DNA of 64,000 nt from Polyangiaceae bacterium. GTDB taxonomy: Bacteria; Myxococcota_A; Polyangia; Polyangiales; Polyangiaceae. The stretch lies in contig JBGANF010000027.1 of the NCBI GenBank assembly GCA_044222475.1, positions 10,784-74,783 on the forward strand, read 5' to 3'. Under the pieces are notes generated by a model. That model was not told where the DNA came from and did no database searches. It worked only from the letters and a program-made list of their open reading frames with translations. The translations under genes and the position numbers were made by a program. The first letter of the stretch is position 1. Each line of letters begins with the position of its first letter. This document shows, piece after piece, positions 1 through 9,780 of the stretch.

Positions 1-3000
1 TCGTAGAAGGCGATGGCCTCGTCGCGGCGGCCGCTCCGGCGGAGCGACTCGGCGGCGTAGAATTCGGCGTCGCCGAGCCACGGCGTCCGCCCTTCGAGCT
101 TCGCGGCTTCGGTCGCGGCGTAGGTGAGGTGCTTGGCCGCCTCGGCCGAGTTCCCGTGCTGGAAGAGGAGCTTGCCGTAGCGGTACCGCCAGTAGGGCAC
201 GCGGTCGTTCGCGGCGATCGCCTTCTGCCACTCGGCGACGGCGTTGCCCTCGTCGTTCTTGTCTTCGTAGCACTCGGCCATCGTCGCGTGCGCCTCGACG
301 CGGTTCGGCTTCAGCTCGAGCGCGCGCTTGAGATCCTTCAGCGCGTCTTCGACGAGACCTTTCTTCCGCTCGGTCACCGCGCGCTGCCAGTACGCGTCCG
401 CGAGGAGCTTGTCGATCGCGAGCGCCTTCTCGATCTCGGTCTCGGCCAGGCCGAGCTGCACCGGGTTCGCCTCGTTCGCCGCCCACGCGAGGTAGAGGTG
501 GTACTCGGCGCGGTTGGGATCGAGCTCGACCGCGTGCTTGAGGTAGCGAGCGGCGTCTTGCATGCTCGCGCCGCCCTTCGAGAGGAGCGCGCGCCCCAGG
601 TAGTGGTTCGCTTCGGCGCTCTGCGGGCGCTTGTCGAGGACCTTCTTCAGCATCGGGAGCGCGTCGTCGGGGCGACCGATCGCCACGTACGCTGCGCCGA
701 CGCGCAAGGTGAGATCGGCGTCGTCGGGCGCCTTCGCGAGCGCGTTCTTGAACTGCTCGAGCGCCTTCTCGACCTCGCCAGACTGTTCGTACAGGAGCCC
801 GCGCTCGAGCGCGAGGCCGGGGTAGTCCTTGTCGGCGGCGAGGACCTTGTCGAACTCGATCGCCGACTCGTCCATGCGGCGCATGCGGCGCAAGGTGATC
901 GCGAGCTGGAAGCGCGTGGACAAGTCCTGGGGGTCGAGCTCGATCGCGTTGCGGAAATGGACGACCGCGCTGTCGAAGCGGCCTTGCTCCGCGTCGTACC
1001 CGCCGAGCGCGCGCTGCATCTCGACCGAGTCCGGCAGCTTGAGCTTCATGTCGTCGAGCTTGGCGTCCGCTTCCTTCGCGCGATCGGCGGCCGCGAGGAA
1101 GCTCGCGAACGCGACGTAGGCCATGACACCGTCGGTTCCATCGGACGGCTGAACGAGATCGATCGACTCGGCCAGGGCCTTCTCCGCGCCGGCCCGGTTG
1201 CCGAGCGCCATCTCGACGATGCCGAGGGTGTAGGCGAGTCGCATCGATTTCGGAGCGACCACACGCGCCGCGGTGATCTGATCCTTCGCCTCTTTGAGCC
1301 TCTCGAGCTTCACCTTCGTCAGCGCATCGAGCGCGATGACGCGCTCGTCGCTCGGAGCCTTCGAGAGAGCGGTGTCGAGACGCGTGAGCGCTTCCGTGTA
1401 CCGTCCGTCGTCGAAGTAGACGTGACCAAGGCCGTACAGCGCGTTCACGTTGTTCGGATCGGACTGGATGGCTGCCTCGAACGAGGCGCGCGCTTCGCCG
1501 CCGCGACCGCGCGACGCCTGGATCCCACCGCGGAGCGCGAGCGCATTCGCGTACTCTTCGGTCGACGCGAGCGCCTTCCCGGGGCCCTCGATGATCGTAG
1601 CGAGGTCGGCGAGTGCGCCCTTCTCGTCACGCGCGGCGATCTCGATCGCCGCGCGGAGGAAGAGCGCACCGGAGTGGTTCGGCGTCGCGGCGAGCGTCGC
1701 TGCGATCTCGGTCTTGGCCGAGTCGTTCTGCTTCAGTCCGACGTACGCGAGGGCGAGGCCGTAGTGCGCGCGCGCGGTCGGAGCGAGCTTGATGGCGGTG
1801 TCGAACGCGGTCTTCGCGCCCGCGTAGTCGCGCAGCGCGATGGCGACGAAGCCGCGGAGCTCGGCGATGTCGCGCTGGATCGGATCGCCGACGTCTCGCT
1901 TGGCGACGCCATCGAGGCCCTTCGCCGCTTTGTCGAAGTTTCCGGCCGCCGCGTCTTGCGCCGCGAGCGCGGCGGCGAGGTACTTCACATCCGGCTCGTC
2001 CTTGACGTCGCTCAGGAACGCCTTCGCGCGCGAGTCGCGCTGCGGGTCGGCGCCGAAGCGCTGCTCGTACGCGAACGTCGTGAACGCGGCGTACGCCGAG
2101 AGTGACTTCGCTCGCGGCGTGCGAGCGCGCGCGGCGAAGATGTCGTCGACCGCGCCGCGGCCATCGACCACGGTGTCCTTGCCCATGCGATCGCGGGCTG
2201 CGGCGGCACTCGTGGACGTCGCCTTGGCGTACTCGTCGGCGCGAAGCTTGTCGCCGATGGTGAGGTAGCCGAACGCGCCGTGCTTGGTGAGCTGAAGCGC
2301 GCCGCCGCCGGCCACTAGAAGAGCGAGGACCACGAGGAAGACACGCGGAGCCTTCGAGGGAGCCTTCTCTTCGGTGTGGCGCGGACGCGAGCCGGGCATC
2401 GCAGTCGGGAGCGAGAGCTCGACGGCGGCCGGAGATCCCGAGGTGCGATCTTTCGTGCCCGGCAACGACGCTTCCGCCGGTGGCAGGCGGACGGCGGGCG
2501 CCTCCATCGTGGGGATGCCGGCCTCTTCGCCGCCACGCCCGCCGTCGCCGCCGCCGAGATCGAGCTCACCGAACGCGAGCGCGTTCCCTTCCCCCTTCGC
2601 GGCGGGTGGCGGCTCGGGCGGCGGGGCTTCGGCCGGAGGCGGAGCGGAGATCACGCCGCCGAGCAGGTCGTCGGCTTCCTCGCCGATGTGGCTCGAGGCC
2701 GAGCTGGCGCTGCCGCTCGAGAGATCGATCTCGCCGAATCCGCCGGCGGGCTCGGGCGCCGGAGCTGCGGGCGGGGAGCTCGCGAGGGGACCGTCGAGGT
2801 CGAGCTCGCCGAATCCGGACATGCTGATCTCGGCGGAAGGTCGGCCTGCGGGAGGCGGTTGCACCGACGGCGGGATCGACTGCAGCCCGAGATCGAGCTC
2901 GTCGCCGTGCATCGCTGCGGGGAGCGATTGCTGCGGCGCGGGAAACGATTGTTGCGCCGCAGGGAGCGATTGTTGCGGTGCGGGAAGCGCGTTCGCGGCG

Positions 3001-4274
3001 GTGGGCAACACGTCGGCGACGGCAGGGAGAGCGCTACCCAGCGTCGGGAGATCGAGCTCGCCGAAGGCGCTGTCGTCGATGGGCTTGGGCGGCGGCGGCT
3101 TCTTCGGTGGAGTGACGTCGAGCTCGAAGCTCGGGCCCGAAGCGGGATCGATGTTGCCGAGATCGATCTCGAAGCCACCGCTGAGCTTGCGCGCCGGGAG
3201 GTTGGCGGCGGGCGCGGGGAGGTTGCCTTGCGCGGGCGCGGGGAGGTTGGCTTGCACGGGCGCGGGGAGGTTCGCCTGTACGGGCGCGGGGAGGTTGGCT
3301 TGCGCGGCCTGCGCGCGCGCAGGGAGCGCGGCGCCACCTGGCGCGGGGAGACCGACGGACGCAGTCGCCGGGAGATCGAGCCCGAGATCGATGTCGCCGA
3401 ACGCGGGAGCGTTCTTGGGCGGCGCGGCCGGGGCCGGCGCCGGGGCTTTCGGCGGAGGACCGCCGCGCGCTGCCGGCAAGTCGTCGAGCTTGCCGAGCGC
3501 CGCGGGGAAGTGAGAAGCCGGGTCGCCCGCTCCTCCGGGATCGGGCATCGCGGGCAGATCCCACTCGCCACCTTCGATGGACTCTTTCGGGGCGGCAGCG
3601 GGCGCCGGCTTCGGTGGCGCGACACGCGCCGCCGGAAGGTCGATGTCCGGCACGTTCGACGGCGGCGCGACCTTCGGGGCGGGAGGCGCCGCGGCAGGCG
3701 GCTTCGCGACCGGCGCGGCGACGGGCGGCTTCGCGACCGGCGCGGCGGGCGGCTTGGCGACGGGTGCGGGTGGTCCAGGCCGCGGCGCGGCCCGCGGCGG
3801 AGCAGGCCGCGCGGCCGGAAGGTCGGGGTCGGGGGCGGGCCCGGGATCGGGCAAGGCGGGACGCGCGACCGGCGCGACCGGCGCGACCGGGTCGGAGAGA
3901 CCGAGCTTGGTCGCGCCGAACTTCGGCGGAGCAGGCTTGGCAGCAGGTGCCGCCGGCTTCGGCGGCGGCGCCTTGATGGGTGTGCGAGCGGCGGGAAGAT
4001 CGTCGGCGCCGTCGTGGCTGGGCGCCGGCGGCTTGACGCCCGACTTCGCCTCGGCGGTCGCGATGGCCTTGCGAACGGCGTCCTCGTTGCCCTCGACCAT
4101 CGTCATCTGGGGCGTCTTCGGCGGCGCGGCGTTGGGGAGCGGCGCGGTGCCCGACAGGGTCACGAGGAACGTGGTGCCGCACTTCGGACACCGCATCTTC
4201 AGGCCCTGCGGCGGCACGCGGCGCTCGTCCACCTGGTACGGCGCCTTGCACGACTCGCAAGCGATTCGGAGCAT
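1..4274 (-). CDS. Large zinc-ribbon (MJ0042-type) / Pro-rich linker / transmembrane / TPR-repeat protein, 3' end outside window
   Basis: Absent from the ORF track because there is no stop in the window. ATG at 4274 reads MLRIACESCKAPYQVDERRVPPQGLKMRCPKCGTTFLV (CxxC...CPKC zinc ribbon). It continues through a Pro/Ala-rich repeat region, a hydrophobic segment near 2290-2345 and many TPR-like helices to the window edge (..EAIAFY). Confidence 0.85.
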   Translation of the reverse strand, partial: MLRIACESCKAPYQVDERRVPPQGLKMRCPKCGTTFLVTLSGTAPLPNAAPPKTPQMTMVEGNEDAVRKAIATAEAKSGVKPPAPSHDGADDLPAARTPIKAPPPKPAAPAAKPAPPKFGATKLGLSDPVAPVAPVARPALPDPGPAPDPDLPAARPAPPRAAPRPGPPAPVAKPPAAPVAKPPVAAPVAKPPAAAPPAPKVAPPSNVPDIDLPAARVAPPKPAPAAAPKESIEGGEWDLPAMPDPGGAGDPASHFPAALGKLDDLPAARGGPPPKAPAPAPAAPPKNAPAFGDIDLGLDLPATASVGLPAPGGAALPARAQAAQANLPAPVQANLPAPVQANLPAPAQGNLPAPAANLPARKLSGGFEIDLGNIDPASGPSFELDVTPPKKPPPPKPIDDSAFGELDLPTLGSALPAVADVLPTAANALPAPQQSLPAAQQSFPAPQQSLPAAMHGDELDLGLQSIPPSVQPPPAGRPSAEISMSGFGELDLDGPLASSPPAAPAPEPAGGFGEIDLSSGSASSASSHIGEEADDLLGGVISAPPPAEAPPPEPPPAAKGEGNALAFGELDLGGGDGGRGGEEAGIPTMEAPAVRLPPAEASLPGTKDRTSGSPAAVELSLPTAMPGSRPRHTEEKAPSKAPRVFLVVLALLVAGGGALQLTKHGAFGYLTIGDKLRADEYAKATSTSAAAARDRMGKDTVVDGRGAVDDIFAARARTPRAKSLSAYAAFTTFAYEQRFGADPQRDSRAKAFLSDVKDEPDVKYLAAALAAQDAAAGNFDKAAKGLDGVAKRDVGDPIQRDIAELRGFVAIALRDYAGAKTAFDTAIKLAPTARAHYGLALAYVGLKQNDSAKTEIAATLAATPNHSGALFLRAAIEIAARDEKGALADLATIIEGPGKALASTEEYANALALRGGIQASRGRGGEARASFEAAIQSDPNNVNALYGLGHVYFDDGRYTEALTRLDTALSKAPSDERVIALDALTKVKLERLKEAKDQITAARVVAPKSMRLAYTLGIVEMALGNRAGAEKALAESIDLVQPSDGTDGVMAYVAFASFLAAADRAKEADAKLDDMKLKLPDSVEMQRALGGYDAEQGRFDSAVVHFRNAIELDPQDLSTRFQLAITLRRMRRMDESAIEFDKVLAADKDYPGLALERGLLYEQSGEVEKALEQFKNALAKAPDDADLTLRVGAAYVAIGRPDDALPMLKKVLDKRPQSAEANHYLGRALLSKGGASMQDAARYLKHAVELDPNRAEYHLYLAWAANEANPVQLGLAETEIEKALAIDKLLADAYWQRAVTERKKGLVEDALKDLKRALELKPNRVEAHATMAECYEDKNDEGNAVAEWQKAIAANDRVPYWRYRYGKLLFQHGNSAEAAKHLTYAATEAAKLEGRTPWLGDAEFYAAESLRRSGRRDEAIAFY

Positions 4275-4372
4275 CCCGTCGTTTTCCCGTCTCCGAAGCC
4301 GGCGGCCGGCTCGTCGGAGTCCCCAAGGGTACCACAGGTGTCCGTCGCGACTGCCAAATCGGTGGAAGATGG

Positions 4373-5329
4373 ATGCTAAAGGCCTCCCCCGTGCGCGCGA
4401 GGTCGAAGGAGCGGCTCAGCTCGAGCTCGAGTCCGAGCCCTTGGCTGCTCATGGCGACCGCGGCGGCGCTCTTCAGCGTGATGAACTTCGTCGCGCACCG
4501 CAGCAGCGCGAGCACGCACTGGACGTGGGTGGCCGCGACCCGCGCGGTCGTCGGGGCCATCGTCGGCATCGGAGTCGCGCGCGTCCGCGGGCGCCCAGCG
4601 TTCGTTCGTCCTTCGCCCATCATGTGGCTCCGCAGCGTGCTGGGAACCGTCGCGATGGGCTGCACCTTCTTCGCGCTCGGCCGGCGCGAGCTCCCGCTCG
4701 GAGACGCGACGACACTCCTCAACCTCACGCCGCTCATCCTCGCGCTGCTCGCGCCGTTGGTGCTCCGCGAGCGTTCCGGGCGCGGGGTCTGGGGTCCCCT
4801 CGCGTTGTCGGCCGCCGGGGTGCTCCTCATCGTGCGTCCCAGCTTCCTCTTTGGCGGCGCCGATTCGATCCCGACCGCCGCCGCGATCCCGGCGATGGTC
4901 GCGCTCGTGGGCTCGACGTTCTCGGCGTTCGCGATGATGTCGCTCCGGCGCGCGAGCAAGGGTGACGTCGCCGAGGCGATCGTCGTCCATTTCTCGCTCT
5001 TCGGCGCGGTGACGCTCGGCGGCGCCGCCTTCGTGCTGAACGCGCCCCCGCCGCCGCCGGCGCAGCTACCGTGGCTCCTCGTCGCGGGCGCGTGCGGTGG
5101 CCTCGCGCAGGTCGCGATGACGACCGCGTACGCGCGCGCCCCTGCTGCCCGCCTCAGCGGCGTCGGCTACCTCGCCGTCCCGTTCAGCGCCGTGCTCGGG
5201 GCAATCGCCCTCGGCGAAGTGCCGACGCGATGGACGGTCGTCGGCATGGTGCTCGTCGTCGCCGGCGGGGTGCTCCTCGCGCGCGCAGGTGCCGCACCCG
5301 CGGATTCGACGCGACCGGAGACGAACTAG
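4373..5329 (+). CDS. DMT/EamA family transporter
   Basis: About 10 hydrophobic segments in two EamA-like halves (LPLGDATTLLNLTP; AYARAPAARLS..YL; LGEVP). Start uncertain (4373/4391/4451). Confidence 0.85.
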   Translation: MLKASPVRARSKERLSSSSSPSPWLLMATAAALFSVMNFVAHRSSASTHWTWVAATRAVVGAIVGIGVARVRGRPAFVRPSPIMWLRSVLGTVAMGCTFFALGRRELPLGDATTLLNLTPLILALLAPLVLRERSGRGVWGPLALSAAGVLLIVRPSFLFGGADSIPTAAAIPAMVALVGSTFSAFAMMSLRRASKGDVAEAIVVHFSLFGAVTLGGAAFVLNAPPPPPAQLPWLLVAGACGGLAQVAMTTAYARAPAARLSGVGYLAVPFSAVLGAIALGEVPTRWTVVGMVLVVAGGVLLARAGAAPADSTRPETN

Positions 5330-5346
5330 CGCTAGAGTCCTCTGCC

Positions 5347-6876
5347 ATGCGTCGCTTCGCCTTTCTCGGCCTCGTCGGCCTCGTCGCGCTCGCCTGTTCG
5401 AGCGAGCCCACCCCGGAGAACCTCGACTTCCCCAAGACGTTCCTCTTCGGGACGGCGGTCGCGGGGTTCCAAGTGGACATGGGCTGTCCGTCGAACCCTC
5501 CCGGATGCACCGACCCGAACAGCGACTGGTACACCTGGGTGACGAAGCCGGAGCTCGTCGCCGACCCTGCGACGTTCGTCAAAGGCGACCCGATCACCCA
5601 GAGCCCAGGGTTCTACGAGCTGTACCCGCAGGACATGGACCGCGCGAAGAGCGAGCTCCACAACAACGCGCTGCGTGTGTCGATCGAGTGGAGCCGCATC
5701 TTCCCGACCGCGACCGACGCGATCGACGATCCGACCGCGCTGAAGGCAGCGGCGAGCGCCGAGGGAGTCGCGTTCTACCATGCGATGTTCGCGGCGATGA
5801 AGGCGCGCGGGCTGCGGCCGCTCGTCACGCTGAACCACTACTCGCTCCCGACGTGGATCCACGACGCGTACGCGTGTCACGTCGACATCGCGACGTGCAA
5901 GGACAAGGGCTGGGTCGACCACGATCGCATCCTCAAGGAGATCGCGAAGTACGCGGGCTTCTGCGGGCGCGAGTTCGGCGCCGACGTCGACGACTGGGCG
6001 ACGCTGAACGAGCCGTTCACCGCAGTCGTCGTCGCGGGCTTCTTGTTGCCCACTGCGTCGCGCACGAATCCGCCGGGCGTCCAGCTCAAGATCCCCGAAG
6101 CGAAGGCGGCGGGGAACACGATGATGGAAGCTCACGCGAAGATGTACGACGCGGTGAAGGCGAACGACAAAGTGTCCGCATGGGGCGGCCCCGCGGCGCG
6201 CGTCGGCCTCGTCTACAACATCGAGCCGATCCAGCCGGGCGATCCGACCGATCCGATCGACGTCGAAGCGGCGAAGAACCTCTCCTACCTCCTCAACGAC
6301 GTCTTCCTGAACGCGACGATCAAGGGCGACGTCGACGTGAACCTCGACGGGAAGACCGTCCATCGCGACGACATGGCGGGTCGCATGGACTTCGTCGGCA
6401 TCAACTACTACGCGCGCATCGTGTCGAAGGCGGCAGCGCCGCTGTTCCCCACCCTGACGCCGCTCCTCGCCGTGTCGATCGCGTCGTTCACCAACCCCGA
6501 CTACGCGTACCCGAAAGGGATCTACGACTCGATCAACCTCGTGAAGAAGTACGGCGTGCCGATGCTCATCTCGGAGACCGGCGTCGACAACGCGGCCGGC
6601 GGCGATCCCGCGTCGCCGTGGATCGTGCAGACGCTGACGTGGGTGAAGCGCGCGATGGCGGAGGGGGCTCCGGTCGAGGGCTACTTCTACTGGACCCTCA
6701 TGGACAACTACGAGTGGAACCACGGCATGTCGTTCAAGATGGGCATGTACGCGGTGGACGGGACCGACCCGACGAAGAAGCGCACCGCGCGGCCGCAGGT
6801 CGCGGTCTACGGTCGCATCGCCGAGGGCGCGAAGATCCCCGACGACTTGTCGACGAAGTATCCCGCCCCGCGATGA
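5347..6876 (+). CDS. Glycoside hydrolase family 1 (beta-glucosidase-like) lipoprotein
   Basis: Lipobox LALAC-like (VALACS); FPKTFLFGTA; RVSIEWSRIFP; TLNHY; acid/base TLNEP; GINYY; nucleophile ISETG; YFYWTLMDNYEW. Confidence 0.93.
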   Translation: MRRFAFLGLVGLVALACSSEPTPENLDFPKTFLFGTAVAGFQVDMGCPSNPPGCTDPNSDWYTWVTKPELVADPATFVKGDPITQSPGFYELYPQDMDRAKSELHNNALRVSIEWSRIFPTATDAIDDPTALKAAASAEGVAFYHAMFAAMKARGLRPLVTLNHYSLPTWIHDAYACHVDIATCKDKGWVDHDRILKEIAKYAGFCGREFGADVDDWATLNEPFTAVVVAGFLLPTASRTNPPGVQLKIPEAKAAGNTMMEAHAKMYDAVKANDKVSAWGGPAARVGLVYNIEPIQPGDPTDPIDVEAAKNLSYLLNDVFLNATIKGDVDVNLDGKTVHRDDMAGRMDFVGINYYARIVSKAAAPLFPTLTPLLAVSIASFTNPDYAYPKGIYDSINLVKKYGVPMLISETGVDNAAGGDPASPWIVQTLTWVKRAMAEGAPVEGYFYWTLMDNYEWNHGMSFKMGMYAVDGTDPTKKRTARPQVAVYGRIAEGAKIPDDLSTKYPAPR

Positions 6877-7763
6877 CCCGAGCGCAGCTGCTCGAGCTCC
6901 TCGCTCGCGATGCGCTGCTCGGGCGAGTGCTCGCGCGCGCACGCGAAGACGCGGCGCACGATCCGGCGCACGACGTGGACCACCTCCTGCGGGTCGCGGT
7001 CGCGACGATGAGCCTCGACCCGTCGCTCGATCGCACCGAGGCGATCTGCGCAGCGCTGCTGCACGACGTCGTGAACCTCCCCAAGGATCACCCCGAACGC
7101 GCGCTCGCGAGCAAGCGGTCGGCGGACGAGGCGCGTCGAGCTCTCGCCGGCGCGCTGTCGAGCGAGGCGATCGAGCGCATCGCGATGGCGATCGAGGACC
7201 ACTCCTTCAGCGCTGGGCGCGTGCCGCGGTCGCCGCTGGGCGAGGCGCTTCAAGACGCGGACCGATTGGAGGCGCTCGGCGCGCTCGGGATCGCGCGCAC
7301 GTTCTCGACGGGCGTACGCATGAACGCGCGCTACTTCGACCCGGAGGATCCGTGGGCCGAGCGGAGGGCGCTCGACGACAAGGCGTTCTCGGTGGACCAC
7401 TTCTTCACGAAGCTCCTGCGCCTGCCGGAGACGTTTCGTACCAACCTGGGACGACTGGAGGCGGAGAGGCGAGTCGCCATCATGCGGACGTTCCTCGACG
7501 CCCTGGGAGACGAGATCGGCACGCCGCGACCGACACCGTCCGAAGCGGACCGCGTGATCGCCGCGCTGCGCGAGGGGAAGTCCGCCCAGGTGGGAGGCGG
7601 CCGGTGCTTCTCGACCTACGCGATCCGGGACGGTCAGCCGATGATGATCACCTCCGACGACGGCTTCACCGAGGACGTCCCCATCACCGAGGAGCGGCTG
7701 CGCGAGGTCATCGCGACCCATCGTTCGCTGTTTCTCGACTACCTGCGGATGTGGGCGCGCTGA
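6873..7763 (+). CDS. HD-domain phosphohydrolase (YedJ-like) with C-terminal extension
   Basis: AHDVDHLLRV, ALLHD, IEDHSFS, QDADRLEALGALGIAR, DHFFTKLLRL. ATGA overlap with the GH1 stop. Confidence 0.88.
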   Translation: MTRAQLLELLARDALLGRVLARAREDAAHDPAHDVDHLLRVAVATMSLDPSLDRTEAICAALLHDVVNLPKDHPERALASKRSADEARRALAGALSSEAIERIAMAIEDHSFSAGRVPRSPLGEALQDADRLEALGALGIARTFSTGVRMNARYFDPEDPWAERRALDDKAFSVDHFFTKLLRLPETFRTNLGRLEAERRVAIMRTFLDALGDEIGTPRPTPSEADRVIAALREGKSAQVGGGRCFSTYAIRDGQPMMITSDDGFTEDVPITEERLREVIATHRSLFLDYLRMWAR

Positions 7764-7767
7764 TCGA

Positions 7768-8493
7768 CTACTGATCGCCGTCCATCGACAGGACCAGCGC
7801 GTTTCCGGTCTTCGTCCACGCCGGGCCTTCGGTCTTCTCGGGCGCTCGCGCGAGGTCGACCCATTTCGCGAGCCGCTTCAGCCCGTCGAAGAGCTCCTTG
7901 CGGCAGTCGTCGAGCCAATCGAACGACGGCTCGACGAGCAGCTTCGGCGGCAACGCATCGATGCGCGCCTTCGTCACGCCGCGGAGCTCGACCGCGACGG
8001 CGCGCAGCGTCGCATCGTCGAGCACCGTCCACACCGGCCAGTCGACCTTGCCCTTCGAGCCCGACCACGGGAACGCGAGGTTCGTGCTCGCCCACGTCTT
8101 CGCGAGCTTGGGCATCTTCAGGGCGCGGAGGATCGGGTTCCAGCGCCCGTGACTGTCGTTCGGAACGGCATACGTCAGCTGAAGAAGAATCTCCGAGCTC
8201 GGCCCGCGCGTGAGCGGACGAGCGGCGTGATTCAACAGCAGCTCGAGCACGCGCGCGTAGCCGTAACCTCCTTGGCGATCGAGCTTGCCGGAGAGGATCG
8301 CGCCGACGAGCTCCTCGCTCGTGGCCTTGCCCTCGGCTTCCTCACCGTCGCCGAGCGTCATGAAGACGTCGCTTCGACACGCCGCGTTCGCACGACTCTT
8401 CAGGACGTCCTTCGCCGACCAACGCTTCGAGCCGACGAGCCCGAGCAGCTTCTTCGGTGACACCTTCCACCCGCGGACGAATCGCTCCGACAT
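7768..8493 (-). CDS. Hypothetical protein (241 aa)
   Basis: Protein-like composition; tightly packed between neighbours, 6 nt after the upstream gene stop. Confidence 0.7.
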   Translation of the reverse strand: MSERFVRGWKVSPKKLLGLVGSKRWSAKDVLKSRANAACRSDVFMTLGDGEEAEGKATSEELVGAILSGKLDRQGGYGYARVLELLLNHAARPLTRGPSSEILLQLTYAVPNDSHGRWNPILRALKMPKLAKTWASTNLAFPWSGSKGKVDWPVWTVLDDATLRAVAVELRGVTKARIDALPPKLLVEPSFDWLDDCRKELFDGLKRLAKWVDLARAPEKTEGPAWTKTGNALVLSMDGDQ

Positions 8494-8499
8494 GGCGCC

Positions 8500-9741
8500 T
8501 CAGGGTTTGCCGAGTCGCACGACGATGCGACCGGCCTTGTCGGCGTAGCCCGCGCCCGCATCTCCGAAGTCGGGATCGTTCGCTCCGCCGGGTACGTTGC
8601 CCGCGCCGCTCGTGAGCGTCCCACCGTCGAACGGGTTGTACCCGCTCCCGCCCGCGCCGCCCGCGGCGAAGCTGTTGTAGTAGCTGCCGCTGCCGCCGCC
8701 GCCGTAGTACCCGCCACCGCCACCGCCGCCGCCGCCGTAGCCGGTGCACGCGGCTCCGACTCCCGCGGCTCCACCCCCGGGAACACCACCCGCAGCTCCG
8801 CCGCCGAGTCCTCCGCCGCTGTTGCCGGCGCCGCCCTTGAACGCGGTACCCGACGCGCCGCCGCACAAGCCGAACGGTGCGCCACCAGCGTCCTGCTTGC
8901 CACCGGTGGCGCCACAGTTTCCGGTGGACGTCCCATCGCCCGCGAGACCACCGCCCGCGCCACCGGGGAAACCGATGTAGTAGGAGCTCAGGCACGTGCC
9001 GCTGCCTCCGCCGCCGCCGCCGCCCGCGAGGATCATCGGTCCGCCGTCGGGCGTGCGCAGCGCGGAGTAGCCGCCCCCGCCGCCTCCAGAGCAGGACCCC
9101 GTCCCGCCCGCCTTACCGATGTCGACGAGGAACGTCGATCCCGGATCGACCGGGAACGTCGCGCTGGCGAAACCTCCACCGCCGCCGGCCGCGCCGGCCC
9201 CCGCGCCGCAGTACCCGCCGGTCCCGCCGCCCGCGCCCCAGAGCTTCGCCGTGATGCTGGTCGTGTAGCTCGGGACGGTGAACGGTCCGCCGTCGAGGAC
9301 GACGGCCGATCCGACGAGCACGCCCAAGTGGACCTGCTGGTTGATCGAGCCGCTCGTGCCGGTGATCACGATGTCGTAGTTCCCGGCGGCGATGGTCCCG
9401 GAAGCGGACAGGTCGAACGTGCTGAGATTTCCCAGCGCGGGCGCCGGCTGCGACACGGTCAGACCGAGCTGCGGCGACACGGTGAAGTCGACCGTGCCGC
9501 CGAATGCGTTTCGGATCACGTTGATCGTGACCAGGAACTTGTCGCCGGGATCCGCGGTGACGTGACCGGGTGCGAGCGTGAGCGTGAAGCTCCCCGGTGC
9601 GGCCTCGACGGAGCCGTCGGTGGCGCCGTCGGTGGCGCCGTCGGTTCCTGCGTCGCTTCCTGCGTCGGGTTCGCCATAGTCGCCGACGCAGTAGCAGAGC
9701 CCTGTCAGCGCGAGCGTCGTCAGGGCGAGGTATTTGCGCAT
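8500..9741 (-). CDS. Secreted/lipoprotein with Ig-like segment and glycine-rich (polyglycine-bundle-like) domain
   Basis: Signal peptide with Cys, DAG/DGAT linker, then WGAGGG..AGGGGG..GGGGGYS..GGGGGGYYGGGG..GGAGGSGY. Confidence 0.78.
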   Translation of the reverse strand: MRKYLALTTLALTGLCYCVGDYGEPDAGSDAGTDGATDGATDGSVEAAPGSFTLTLAPGHVTADPGDKFLVTINVIRNAFGGTVDFTVSPQLGLTVSQPAPALGNLSTFDLSASGTIAAGNYDIVITGTSGSINQQVHLGVLVGSAVVLDGGPFTVPSYTTSITAKLWGAGGGTGGYCGAGAGAAGGGGGFASATFPVDPGSTFLVDIGKAGGTGSCSGGGGGGYSALRTPDGGPMILAGGGGGGGSGTCLSSYYIGFPGGAGGGLAGDGTSTGNCGATGGKQDAGGAPFGLCGGASGTAFKGGAGNSGGGLGGGAAGGVPGGGAAGVGAACTGYGGGGGGGGGYYGGGGSGSYYNSFAAGGAGGSGYNPFDGGTLTSGAGNVPGGANDPDFGDAGAGYADKAGRIVVRLGKP

Positions 9742-9780
9742 CGTGGGAGCCTATCCCACGGATTGCACCCCCGGAAAGCG

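Noticed and set aside
129..4965. Long ORFs 129-2105(+), 2374-3513(+), 2376-4379(+), 3034-4959(-), 3577-4965(+)
   Set aside because: Antisense or off-frame shadows of the real minus-strand zinc-ribbon/TPR gene and the DMT gene, typical of high-GC DNA.
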